From the IMG/VR virus record IMGVR_UViG_3300042558_003926, positions 124,001 through 188,000 of that record: DNA of 64,000 nucleotides. One strand, written 5' to 3'. A program made the translations under genes and the position numbers. This document shows, piece by piece, positions 20,560 through 29,287 of the stretch; positions within the stretch are counted from its first letter, which is position 1; the number at the start of each line of letters is the position of its first letter. Below the pieces are notes generated by a model that was not told the origin of the DNA, ran no database searches, and saw only the letters and a list, made by a program, of their open reading frames with translations.

Positions 20560-20892
20560 ATGGAAGAACAAAAAAGAATTAATTGGAACGAAGCTCGCAA
20601 CAAGGCTTTAGATTTTTTCAAAGCCTCAATTAAAGTGATTTTCATTCTGGTAGCTATTGCTTCTGGATATGCTATCTCGGAAATACACCATAGGTATTCT
20701 GAGAAAAATAGTCAGAAAGAGGGAGCACCGATGGAAACCAGAAATTCATCGGAAATCTCTGTTGCTATTAACGAGAGAAACGAGCTAATGATAATAGATC
20801 GTAGAAATGGAGAATATGAGATCTATCAGGATTCTACTGGGATTCAGATATTCAATCTCTATGCAAATAAAATGTATAATGATAACAAATAG
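20560..20892 (+). CDS. Membrane-anchored hypothetical protein
   Basis: N-terminal hydrophobic helix. Confidence 0.6.
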   Translation: MEEQKRINWNEARNKALDFFKASIKVIFILVAIASGYAISEIHHRYSEKNSQKEGAPMETRNSSEISVAINERNELMIIDRRNGEYEIYQDSTGIQIFNLYANKMYNDNK

Positions 20893-20897
20893 AAATC

Positions 20898-21410
20898 ATG
20901 AAAAACCGTATTTACATGATCGCTATGAGCGTTCTTTTGCTACCGATATTCTTTCTACTTCTTAGTAGCTCTACGTCTCCTAAAAACGAAGTACCGATAT
21001 CTTCTCCTAAGACATCTATGAAAGTACCACCTTGTATAGAGATGCACAATTGCATAGAAAAATACTCCGAAATATATCATATCCCCAAAAAATACGCTTA
21101 TGGTGTAGCCTGGAAGGAAACGAGATATTCTGGTGCATTTCACTGGGAATATGATCCAGGACAGACTAGTTGTGTAGGAGCAGTAGGTCCGATGCAGGTA
21201 ATGTATTCAACGGCCCAGATGATGTGGAAGAATAAGGAATTTACTAGGGAAGAATTGAGGAATGATATAGAATTCAACGTGGAAACTAGTATGAAGTTAC
21301 TTAGACATCTACATGACAGATACGGCGATTGGAAAATAGTTTTCGGGTGTTATAACACAGGAAAGCCTATCGTTAACCAGTACGCCATAGATGTTTATAA
21401 TTTTAACTAA
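20898..21410 (+). CDS. Lytic transglycosylase (SLT domain) with signal/anchor
   Basis: AWKETRY (catalytic Glu), AVGPMQVM, GCYNTG. Confidence 0.85.
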   Translation: MKNRIYMIAMSVLLLPIFFLLLSSSTSPKNEVPISSPKTSMKVPPCIEMHNCIEKYSEIYHIPKKYAYGVAWKETRYSGAFHWEYDPGQTSCVGAVGPMQVMYSTAQMMWKNKEFTREELRNDIEFNVETSMKLLRHLHDRYGDWKIVFGCYNTGKPIVNQYAIDVYNFN

Positions 21411-21424
21411 ATAAGGGAATAATA

Positions 21425-22387
21425 ATGAAATGCTCGGCTATAAAGGTCGAGCATTTTTTTTTGACAATGAAAGCTGTTTATGTAGATTGGCACCTTCCCA
21501 GAAAAATGAAGGGAGTAGAAATACCAGTAAAAAAACACTGGGAAGTGGTTATGATAATTAGAACGACTTATTTCTCTAGGGAAATAAATGGATTCTCTCC
21601 GGTTCTTTATTGCGATCAAGCGACATATGATTACTATGAAAGCTTAGATCTGATCAAGCATTTTGATGAGGTTTTTCCAGTTTTGCCTAATGACCCCGAA
21701 GAGATAGATTTCGACCCTACAGTTTTTTGGGCAGCTGCAAAATTCTTAGCTATAGAGAAATGCGATTCCCCTTTTATTATGATAGATCTGGATGCAGAGA
21801 TAAGGTTTAAAATAAATCCGGAAAATCACGAGGCATTCTTTGCACACTATGAAATGGTTCGTGAAGATGATATTAATTTTTATCCTCCACCAGAATTCTT
21901 GGATAAGAGTGGTTTTTTAGAATCTCGACATGGAATAGAATGGAGCGATGTAGCAATAAATACATCTATAATATATTTTAAAGATCTTTCACTAGCAAAG
22001 GAGTTTGCTACTTCAGCTTTGGAATTCATGAAAAATATAGAGGAGATTGATCTATCCTTCGATTCGGTTTCTTATATCCTATTAGTAGAACAAAGATTAG
22101 CTTATGAGCTTTGTAAAATGAGAGGAATAGACGTTGGAACACTAATATCCGGTATTTATATACCTAGAGAGGCAAGAGATGGGAAGGAACCGGAGTTTAT
22201 TGATTCCGATGTTAATGAAGTATCCGAAAGAGGATTCCTGCATATATGGGGATATAAGAAAGCATTAAATGCTGATCCCCGATTGGAGGAGAAACTCTTA
22301 GGAGATCTGATATCATCGAGATTGGAGCTCAAGGAAGATATTATAGGATCGATATCTAAAAATTTCGAGATCTATATGAATAAATAG
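21425..22387 (+). CDS. Nucleotide-sugar transferase-like protein (DUF6734-like)
   Basis: FWAAAKFLAI, MIDLD (DxD), INTSIIYF, LVEQRL, FLHIWG. Confidence 0.5.
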   Translation: MKCSAIKVEHFFLTMKAVYVDWHLPRKMKGVEIPVKKHWEVVMIIRTTYFSREINGFSPVLYCDQATYDYYESLDLIKHFDEVFPVLPNDPEEIDFDPTVFWAAAKFLAIEKCDSPFIMIDLDAEIRFKINPENHEAFFAHYEMVREDDINFYPPPEFLDKSGFLESRHGIEWSDVAINTSIIYFKDLSLAKEFATSALEFMKNIEEIDLSFDSVSYILLVEQRLAYELCKMRGIDVGTLISGIYIPREARDGKEPEFIDSDVNEVSERGFLHIWGYKKALNADPRLEEKLLGDLISSRLELKEDIIGSISKNFEIYMNK

Positions 22388-22390
22388 TGG

Positions 22391-22570
22391 ATGGAAGGAG
22401 ATAAGGAAATAGAGAAAGATTTTTACAACTATCTTAGGGATTTTGCAGAGTCCAATGGGATAAGTGTTACTAAGGTTATTAAAATGCCAAAGTTAGTAGA
22501 AGATCTTAGAAATCTTTATCTCGCTAAAAAAAATACAACTGACTCTTCGAGTAAGAAAGAAGATAAGTGA
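22391..22570 (+). CDS. Small hypothetical protein (59 aa, not in ORF track)
   Basis: MEGDKEIEKDFYNYLRDF...KKEDK fills the gap before the tmRNA. Confidence 0.45.
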   Translation: MEGDKEIEKDFYNYLRDFAESNGISVTKVIKMPKLVEDLRNLYLAKKNTTDSSSKKEDK

Positions 22571-22573
22571 TAT

Positions 22574-23062
22574 GGGCCCGCTTTGGATTTGACAGGCGGA
22601 GGTAGTTCTTTGAGATGCAGGCAGTCTTAGATTGGAAAGACTTTAATTACCTATCAAACAATAAACGCAAACGTTTACAATTCTGAGGATATCATGAGTA
22701 TCCCAACTTCACTTACTCGTTCGGTAGTAACTGAAGAGGTTGAGCTAGCTGTTGCAGCCTAACCAATTGGCGGCAACTGCCAATCATAAAAGAAAGTTGC
22801 AAGCTGGCAAGAAAAAAGGTTCGTAGTATTGCCTATTTGACATTGAGTGGAACCTTGAGGATTAGTCCAATACCCATTTAGATCGTCACTATCAATGTCA
22901 GTGAAACTTGGCTAATACCTGGGAGTAGACCAGACTGAGCGTTAAGTCTGAAAGAAAAAAGAAACGCACCCAAAGTTTGTTGATGTCAAACAATCAACTA
23001 AGCCTGTGAATGAGTCCAATGGACATTCGATCTGGACGAGGGTTCGACCCCCTCCGGGTCCA
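22574..23062 (+). ncRNA. ssrA: tmRNA (about 489 nt)
   Basis: 5' GGGCCCG pairs with 3' CGGGTCC+A, giving the G3-U70 Ala determinant. GATTTGACAGG D-loop analog, GGTTCGACCCC T-arm, internal tag ORF ending LAVAA. CCA is not encoded. Confidence 0.93.
22667..22762 (+). other. tmRNA tag reading frame ANVYNSEDIMSIPTSLTRSVVTEEVELAVAA*
   Basis: GCA resume codon after ATAAAC. Ends in AVAA-TAA. Confidence 0.8.
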
Positions 23063-23070
23063 CTAAATTA

Positions 23071-23099
23071 ATCCCATCCTCTACCGGATGGGATTTTTT
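23071..23099 (+). terminator. Terminator after ssrA
   Basis: ATCCCATCC / GGATGGGAT followed by a T run. Confidence 0.85.
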
Positions 23100-23101
23100 G
23101 T

Positions 23102-23109
23102 GATATATA
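23102..23109 (+). promoter_or_regulatory. Putative late promoter GATATATA
   Basis: Ends 5 nt before the ATG at 23115. Confidence 0.55.
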
Positions 23110-23113
23110 GGAA

Positions 23114-23179
23114 TATGAAACACATTAAATTATTTGAAGATTTCATGAATCTAGATAATCTTAAGGGATTACAAATGAT
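23114..23179 (+). repeat. 66-nt exact direct repeat, copy 1
   Basis: Identical to 23861-23926. Encodes MKHIKLFEDFMNLDNLKGLQMI. Confidence 0.95.
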
Positions 23180-23729
23180 TGATGAGGATATTTTTGATTT
23201 AATTGGTAAACATCCAAATTACTTTAACAGTTCTTACGTTTCAAAAATAGCTAATAAGTTAGGATATAAACTAAAAATAAATTTAGATTCAGGTAATAAT
23301 GGTGTTGCCTATATATTAGATGGCGGTAAAGTATTAAAAATAACTACGGATAAAACAGAATTTTTAGTAGCTAATAAATTAAAAGGTAAAAATTTAAAAA
23401 GAATAAGTAACATATATGAAACTTACAAAATTAAAGACCAAGGCGTTTATATAATAGTTTTGGAATATTTAGATAGTTTACCAGAAGAATTGTTTGAATT
23501 AGTGAAAAATTATAACGGATCCTTTGGTTGGGGGCCAGAATTTGATTGGTTGATAATACAATTGAATGATATTGAAACCGAATTAAAGAATAACGGTATA
23601 TCAGATCCAAAAGATTTTGATTGGGGGATGAATATGGGATTAAAAAATGGAAATTTAGCGGTATTCGATGTTGGTGATCAAACTATTAATTATGGTGATT
23701 ATCCAGAATTAGATATTTCAAATTTATAA
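23115..23729 (+). CDS. Protein-kinase-like fold protein with leader (start 23115)
   Basis: SGNNGVAY Gly loop, VLK, E helix, VLEYL hinge, D...N and FDVG. Very AT-rich. Confidence 0.55.
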   Translation: MKHIKLFEDFMNLDNLKGLQMIDEDIFDLIGKHPNYFNSSYVSKIANKLGYKLKINLDSGNNGVAYILDGGKVLKITTDKTEFLVANKLKGKNLKRISNIYETYKIKDQGVYIIVLEYLDSLPEELFELVKNYNGSFGWGPEFDWLIIQLNDIETELKNNGISDPKDFDWGMNMGLKNGNLAVFDVGDQTINYGDYPELDISNL

Positions 23730-23848
23730 CGCGGGTGGGATTTTTCTTTTAAAATTTTCAACCGAAATTTTGATTAGAACGATGAACGGAACACTTACAC
23801 ATAACTTTTTAATCCCCTCCGGTCCTAGGGCATTTGGGACTCCGTACG

Positions 23849-23856
23849 GATAAATA
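23849..23856 (+). promoter_or_regulatory. Putative late promoter GATAAATA
   Basis: Ends 5 nt before the ATG at 23862. Confidence 0.55.
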
Positions 23857-23860
23857 GTAT

Positions 23861-23926
23861 TATGAAACACATTAAATTATTTGAAGATTTCATGAATCTA
23901 GATAATCTTAAGGGATTACAAATGAT
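23861..23926 (+). repeat. 66-nt exact direct repeat, copy 2
   Basis: Identical to 23114-23179. Confidence 0.95.
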
Positions 23927-24689
23927 AAATGAATACTTAGTAAATGATGTAATAAGGTTTAAGAAATATCTCGAATCCCCAAAATCTTTAAAGAAGAAAT
24001 CTCTTCCTCATAAATACTACTATCTCTTTGATGATTTTATTTTAGAAACCGGGTATAAATTTAAGGGGTCTAAAGAAATTGATGGAGATAAAATAATATC
24101 ATGGATAGAGAATAATGATAAGAAAGCCTACGAAGAATTTGCAGAATATCTGTACAATAAGATAGAAGATGAAACCCTCCCGATAGAAAAACGTAAGTAT
24201 CCTGCTTGGAGGTGGCTTAAATCCCCTGAGATAATTAAAAACCAATGGCTCATACATTTTACTGATTATGCGAAAGAGATCAGTAAAGATGGATTCAAAT
24301 ATGGAGCTAAAAATCTTGATGATCTGGCAGCTACTACAAGATTATCTAAAGCTGATAAAGAGGCAGGAGGATATAATTTTGCATTTTCAATCGATGATTT
24401 TCCTAAGTACTATAGCTATTATACTAATTACGGTCTTTTACCAAAATATGGACCTCTTGCTGTGTTATTTAAAGCTTCAGGTATTAGGGTTTGGCATGAA
24501 AAGGATCAGGAGTATCAGGTGATTTTTTATGGGAGAGAGGCTACTGATATAATACCTATAGTGTTCGGAGAAAAGAATTGGGCAATATTTGATAAAGATG
24601 GAAGAGTATTATTTGAGAATGATGACTTGGATAGGGTTGTTAAATGGGCGATAGATAACTATAATCAATATCGCAAAAAAATTGATTGA
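23862..24689 (+). CDS. Hypothetical protein with leader
   Basis: Same first 22 aa as 23115 but an unrelated body (WLIHFT, GYNFAF, YG...VLF). Confidence 0.7.
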   Translation: MKHIKLFEDFMNLDNLKGLQMINEYLVNDVIRFKKYLESPKSLKKKSLPHKYYYLFDDFILETGYKFKGSKEIDGDKIISWIENNDKKAYEEFAEYLYNKIEDETLPIEKRKYPAWRWLKSPEIIKNQWLIHFTDYAKEISKDGFKYGAKNLDDLAATTRLSKADKEAGGYNFAFSIDDFPKYYSYYTNYGLLPKYGPLAVLFKASGIRVWHEKDQEYQVIFYGREATDIIPIVFGEKNWAIFDKDGRVLFENDDLDRVVKWAIDNYNQYRKKID

Positions 24690-24751
24690 TAAAAATCAAT
24701 ACTTACAGTTTTATTTGACCCCCTACCAGGAGGATAATGCTAAGCAATTTT

Positions 24752-24781
24752 TGAAACTTTTTAGATAAATACTAATATAAA
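24752..24781 (+). promoter_or_regulatory. Putative promoter TGAAAC-N18-TATAAA
   Basis: Motif with 18-nt spacer. Also contains GATAAATA. Confidence 0.5.
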
Positions 24782-24797
24782 AATTAAACAAATTATT

Positions 24798-25142
24798 ATG
24801 ACACTTACTATTACTACAATTTTATTGGTTGCATTGATCCTTGGATTTTGGTACCTATATTCTAGAAATTCGTCTACCAACACAACAGGATCTATCGATG
24901 TTGATCTTGACATTAAATTAGATGGAACTGATGAAAGCTCCGAAGAAAACTCAGCTACAGTTTCTGTTGGATTCAGCGGAACTACTGGTGAACCTGAAGC
25001 TAATGAAATTAAAGAACCAATTATCAAGGAAACAGTTTCTGAGGGTAAAAAATCAGCAAAAGCTAAAGCACCAAAGAAAGGACCTTCCAAAAAAGGGAGA
25101 AAACCAAAAAAGGATAAAGGAAACGATCTACTACTAAGCTAA
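24798..25142 (+). CDS. Membrane-anchored protein with basic tail
   Basis: N-terminal TM helix and Lys-rich C-terminus. Confidence 0.6.
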   Translation: MTLTITTILLVALILGFWYLYSRNSSTNTTGSIDVDLDIKLDGTDESSEENSATVSVGFSGTTGEPEANEIKEPIIKETVSEGKKSAKAKAPKKGPSKKGRKPKKDKGNDLLLS

Positions 25143-25148
25143 ATAAAA

Positions 25149-25176
25149 ACTCCTTCAGAAAGAAGGAGTTTTTTTT
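25149..25176 (+). terminator. Rho-independent terminator
   Basis: ACTCCTTC / GAAGGAGT followed by a T run. Confidence 0.85.
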
Positions 25177-25240
25177 GCTATTTAATTTTTTATTCCCGTT
25201 ATAGAAATCTAATTTTAGGCAACTTCTAAAAAAAATACCA

Positions 25241-25717
25241 ATGATACTAAGAACTATCAAAAACAAAGTCTTATTAAGATTCTACAAGATGTCCAGATTC
25301 TTTAAAAGAGGACACTATAACAAAACCAAGCTATCCAAGAAAGAAAGGACGCTCAAAAAAATACTAAGAGAGATCCTTGAAAATCCAGATAGCAGAATCT
25401 ACTACTCTCCTGAGAGTTACCGGATATTCACTCACAATAAAGAGAAAACCTACATAATATCATTTGATGATAGGGAGGTAAGAATCACGAACCATAAATC
25501 ATTTTCGAGGTTTGATATACATCCAGATTTTGGTAAATCAATCATCCGAGATGCTTTTGCTAGAATAGAATCTGATATGCAAAAGCTGGAAAGCGAAGCG
25601 GTTTCAAATGAGGATCTTTTTCTAGATGGGGTTTACGATAATTTCAAAAATCCAGAATCCGGTGAGAATGGAATTCCTGAAAAGTACTTTCAATCAATTC
25701 TAGAGGAAGCTAATTAA
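25241..25717 (+). CDS. Hypothetical protein
   Basis: 158-aa ORF. Confidence 0.55.
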   Translation: MILRTIKNKVLLRFYKMSRFFKRGHYNKTKLSKKERTLKKILREILENPDSRIYYSPESYRIFTHNKEKTYIISFDDREVRITNHKSFSRFDIHPDFGKSIIRDAFARIESDMQKLESEAVSNEDLFLDGVYDNFKNPESGENGIPEKYFQSILEEAN

Positions 25718-25719
25718 GT

Positions 25720-26088
25720 ATGAGAATAGCTGTAATTGCACACGATAACAAGAAAGCTGATCTCGTTGCTTTTATTCTGAAGAGACTTGATTTTTTTAAA
25801 AAACACGAGATCGTAGCAACTGGGACCACAGGTAAGCATATAGAGCACGCCGGCATAGAGGTAACAAAAAAGCTTTCCGGTCCTAAAGGAGGAGATGCAC
25901 AGATAGCAGCGGAACTTGTTGAAGGTCGAATAGATGGGGTTCTTTTTTTCATTGATCCCTTAACATCTCATCCACATGAGGTTGACGTCCAGATGTTGCT
26001 AAGACTTTGTAATGTGTGGAATATTCCAATAGCAACAAACTATTCTACGGCTAAGCTTCTAGTAGAAGCTATAATTAAAGAGAAGTAA
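25720..26088 (+). CDS. mgsA: Methylglyoxal synthase
   Basis: IAHDNKK, ATGTTG, SGPKGGDAQI, DPL, PHEVDVQMLLRLC, PIATN. Confidence 0.95.
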   Translation: MRIAVIAHDNKKADLVAFILKRLDFFKKHEIVATGTTGKHIEHAGIEVTKKLSGPKGGDAQIAAELVEGRIDGVLFFIDPLTSHPHEVDVQMLLRLCNVWNIPIATNYSTAKLLVEAIIKEK

Positions 26089-26089
26089 A

Positions 26090-26782
26090 ATGATACTGTG
26101 CTTTATATCAGATACTCATGGCCAGCACGAGAATCTTAAATTAAACCTATTCCTAGAGAAAATTCTTGGCAAATATCCTGATTCGGTTTTGATCCACTGT
26201 GGGGATATTTCAAATAGAGGCAGAGATTATGAGGTAGTGGATTTTATTTCCTGGTACGATAGTTTAGGGTTTAAAAAAAAGATACTGGTAGCAGGAAATC
26301 ATGATTTTCTTTTCGAAACTAATCCTGAAAGATGTAACGAAATACTAGACGGAAAGACGATAATATATCTGAATGATTCTGGTGTAGAGATAGATGGTAT
26401 TAAATTTTGGGGAAGTCCAGTAACTCCCTGGTTCTATGACTGGGCTTTTAACAGGAGAGGCGAAATTGTTGATCACTGGGATCTAATACCTTCGGATATA
26501 AATATACTCATTACACACGGTCCTCCAAAAGATATTCTTGATTACACTTTCAATGGACACAAAAATGTTGGTTGTCCAGAGCTTTCCAGAAAGATTGGGG
26601 ATCTAAAGAATCTTATAGCACATTCCTTCGGTCACATCCACGAATCATTTGGAACAGATATCATAGATGGGGTTACCTATATTAACGCCTCTTTTCTGAA
26701 TCTTTCCTATTATCCAGCCAACTATCCCATCATATTTGATACCGAGGAAAAAAAATCCTATATTTTTTCAGACCTAGACTGA
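26090..26782 (+). CDS. Calcineurin-like metallophosphoesterase
   Basis: SDTH, GD, GNHD, THGPP, GHIHE. Confidence 0.9.
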   Translation: MILCFISDTHGQHENLKLNLFLEKILGKYPDSVLIHCGDISNRGRDYEVVDFISWYDSLGFKKKILVAGNHDFLFETNPERCNEILDGKTIIYLNDSGVEIDGIKFWGSPVTPWFYDWAFNRRGEIVDHWDLIPSDINILITHGPPKDILDYTFNGHKNVGCPELSRKIGDLKNLIAHSFGHIHESFGTDIIDGVTYINASFLNLSYYPANYPIIFDTEEKKSYIFSDLD

Positions 26783-26829
26783 AATCTTATTGATATTTGT
26801 TCATAGAAAAATAAAACAATAAATTTTAA

Positions 26830-27606
26830 ATGAGAACTTTCCAAAAACCATCCGATGCTATAAAATGGACTAAGGAGCGGTTGTCTGATTGTGGGTATGT
26901 AGTTAAAACGGAAAAATGGCAGGGTATAGAAGCACCCGACGATATGTTTGAGATTATGAACCATTCTTTCCAAATGTTTATCCCACATTCTTTGGAAGAA
27001 CTTATTGATGAGGTAAAACCGAATCTTGACTGGGCGGATGAGCACTTCTTTGAAAGAGTTGGGGGTCTTCCCCTTAATCCACCTCCTTCCCATGTTAACT
27101 GGCCATTTGCTCAAAAGAATAACGAGAAGTTTGGTGGGAATAGTAGATTTTCCCACACCTATCCGGAAAGGATATGGCCTAAATACGCATCAGAAGAACC
27201 CAATACCAAATTATCAGGAATACGTTTCGATTACGGAGATCTTGCTGATGTTGTTGATTTATTAGAGAAGGAGCCATTTACCAGACAGGCTTTTTTGCCC
27301 ATATGGTTTCCTGAGGATACCGGAGTAACCCACGGAGAAAGAGTACCGTGTACTATAGGGTATCATTTTATGCGGAGAGGAAATTGGTTCCATATAGCTT
27401 ACTTTATTAGATCATGTGATTATATAAGACACTTTAGAGATGACATATATCTAGCGATAAGAAAACTTATGTGGATATTAGATGAGCTTAAAAAGAGAAA
27501 TCCGGATACATGGAACGATGTTGTTCCTGGGTATTTTTCTATGCACATAATATCTTTGCATTGCTTTAATAGCGAGAAGGGATTATTAAAATTAAGTAAT
27601 AAGTAG
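26830..27606 (+). CDS. Divergent thymidylate-synthase-fold enzyme (candidate dCMP-modifying)
   Basis: TRQA, catalytic PC, RSCDYIRHFRDD where canonical ThyA has RSxDxxxGxxFN. Confidence 0.75.
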   Translation: MRTFQKPSDAIKWTKERLSDCGYVVKTEKWQGIEAPDDMFEIMNHSFQMFIPHSLEELIDEVKPNLDWADEHFFERVGGLPLNPPPSHVNWPFAQKNNEKFGGNSRFSHTYPERIWPKYASEEPNTKLSGIRFDYGDLADVVDLLEKEPFTRQAFLPIWFPEDTGVTHGERVPCTIGYHFMRRGNWFHIAYFIRSCDYIRHFRDDIYLAIRKLMWILDELKKRNPDTWNDVVPGYFSMHIISLHCFNSEKGLLKLSNK

Positions 27607-27607
27607 C

Positions 27608-27787
27608 ATGAACGAGATCTTAATGAAAGCGGTAAAAGAACTAGCTGATCAATATCAGGAAATAGTAAATTTAGCTAGAAAATATCCCAATGACGCCGAA
27701 TTAGGAAAGCAGGTTAGAATTTCTATCAGAGATTATATTTCTAATAAAGAGACTGATAAAAAAGTTGAATCCCAAGATAAAAAATAG
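27608..27787 (+). CDS. Small hypothetical protein (59 aa, not in ORF track)
   Basis: MNEILMKAV...YPNDAELGKQVR fills the intergenic gap. Confidence 0.45.
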   Translation: MNEILMKAVKELADQYQEIVNLARKYPNDAELGKQVRISIRDYISNKETDKKVESQDKK

Positions 27788-27790
27788 AAA

Positions 27791-28069
27791 ATGGATCTAA
27801 AATCAAGTTATTTCAAAGAGATAAAAAAGCCAACGGACAACATGTTATCTTTTTATGAAAAAATGTTTAAAAGAAACCAATCTAAGTTTATTAGAAGATC
27901 CAGTCTAGAGGTTTCCCATTTGGGTGTCGAGTTTGATTATGACGATAAAAAAATGAAGTTACTGGGATCAATGGACGCCAATCTCATGGTAGCTGAGGAT
28001 ATAAATGACGGAAAATGTTATATAATACATTGTGACAGCGTTACAAACTCGGTTTTAAAAAAAGATTAG
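27791..28069 (+). CDS. Hypothetical protein
   Basis: 92-aa ORF. Confidence 0.5.
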   Translation: MDLKSSYFKEIKKPTDNMLSFYEKMFKRNQSKFIRRSSLEVSHLGVEFDYDDKKMKLLGSMDANLMVAEDINDGKCYIIHCDSVTNSVLKKD

Positions 28070-28071
28070 TC

Positions 28072-28293
28072 TTGTTAGAATTCTACATTAAAACATATAG
28101 CCCGGAGGTACACATTCAGATATGTGAGCTAATTTCTTTGACATTATCCAAGATTCTTTCGGATAAGATGGGTGATGAATCTGACGATTTTTATGGGATG
28201 TTCCTATTGAGAAGCAGCGATGAAATTTATGAGATTTTTTCTGAGTTTAGAGATATAACTTTAGAAATGCCAGAAGGAAAAGTTATCAGATAG
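28072..28293 (+). CDS. Hypothetical protein
   Basis: 73-aa ORF, non-ATG start. Confidence 0.4.
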   Translation: MLEFYIKTYSPEVHIQICELISLTLSKILSDKMGDESDDFYGMFLLRSSDEIYEIFSEFRDITLEMPEGKVIR

Positions 28294-28315
28294 ATCTCTT
28301 ATCCATATTCTTGTC

Positions 28316-28323
28316 GATATATA
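28316..28323 (+). promoter_or_regulatory. Putative late promoter GATATATA
   Basis: Intergenic, upstream of 28372. Confidence 0.5.
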
Positions 28324-28371
28324 GTCCGTATCTATATCTTTTTGAAATCGGGCAATAAAACAAATTGATAT

Positions 28372-28755
28372 ATGGACGAGAATAACATAAACCAAGCGTT
28401 CTTAATGAAGCAAATATTGGACGAGCTTACCAAACTCAAGTCCAATATGCCTAATGGGGAGCTAAAGCACCTCCAAGACAGCATAGAAGATTTGAAAAGG
28501 GACCAAAAGTCCTTAAAGGATGACATATCTGATATTAAGAAAAAGCTTCTTGATCCAGAAACTGGTGTAATTGTGAAGGTTAACGAAAACACAAAATTTA
28601 GAGTGCAGGAGGAGGGAAGATATGAGGACTATTTGGAGTTCAACGCGGATCTTCAGAACCTAAAAAAATGGCAGGGCGGAATAAATAAGGCAATGTGGAT
28701 AATTTTTACAGCCATTGCAGCTATTGCGCTTAAAGTTATTTTCGACGTGGGGTAA
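28372..28755 (+). CDS. Coiled-coil protein with C-terminal TM (holin/spanin-like possible)
   Basis: Heptad pattern and hydrophobic C-terminus. Confidence 0.55.
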   Translation: MDENNINQAFLMKQILDELTKLKSNMPNGELKHLQDSIEDLKRDQKSLKDDISDIKKKLLDPETGVIVKVNENTKFRVQEEGRYEDYLEFNADLQNLKKWQGGINKAMWIIFTAIAAIALKVIFDVG

Positions 28756-28781
28756 ACCCCACATAAAAAAAAGATTGGACC

Positions 28782-29075
28782 ATGGAATCAGGAAGCTTCA
28801 AAGAATTCATGGATATGCAGGACAACGAAGGTCCTTTCCTAGGGGATTTAATTTACCCCAAAGTTAAGGAGGCGATTCTAGAGAACTATGAGGAGGCTTC
28901 TTTATTTACACTGATTCCCACAGACAACAAGGAATATCCCGAGGGTATTGTTTTTACGTTAGATCGAGCTCAATTTTCAATATTTCTGGAAAATTATTTA
29001 AAGCTGTGCGAAGATGAGGAGCAGTATGAAAGATGTTTGGAAATATTGGATCTACAGGAGCTCATTACAGAATGA
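28782..29075 (+). CDS. UVR-like motif protein
   Basis: EQYERCLEILDL. Confidence 0.55.
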   Translation: MESGSFKEFMDMQDNEGPFLGDLIYPKVKEAILENYEEASLFTLIPTDNKEYPEGIVFTLDRAQFSIFLENYLKLCEDEEQYERCLEILDLQELITE

Positions 29076-29266
29076 CGTTAAGCATGAACGGGGAGGAGAA
29101 GAAAATATATGATAAGGCACTCGCAAAGTATTCCATAATTGTGAGATGCGGAGGAAATTCGATAGAAGAAATCAAAGAATGTATTAGCATATTTGAAGAA
29201 TTTGAAGATTATGAAAAATGTGCCGACCTACTCGAAATATTAAAGGCTTACGAGACTAAAAAGTAG
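29072..29266 (+). CDS. UVR-like motif protein (start likely 29072)
   Basis: EDYEKCADLLEIL, ATGA overlap. Confidence 0.55.
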   Translation: MTLSMNGEEKKIYDKALAKYSIIVRCGGNSIEEIKECISIFEEFEDYEKCADLLEILKAYETKK

Positions 29267-29287
29267 TGAGAATAGAGAAATTAAAAG

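Noticed and set aside
23088-23114. ORF-track start at 23088
   Set aside because: It lies inside the ssrA terminator. The duplicated leader defines ATG 23115.
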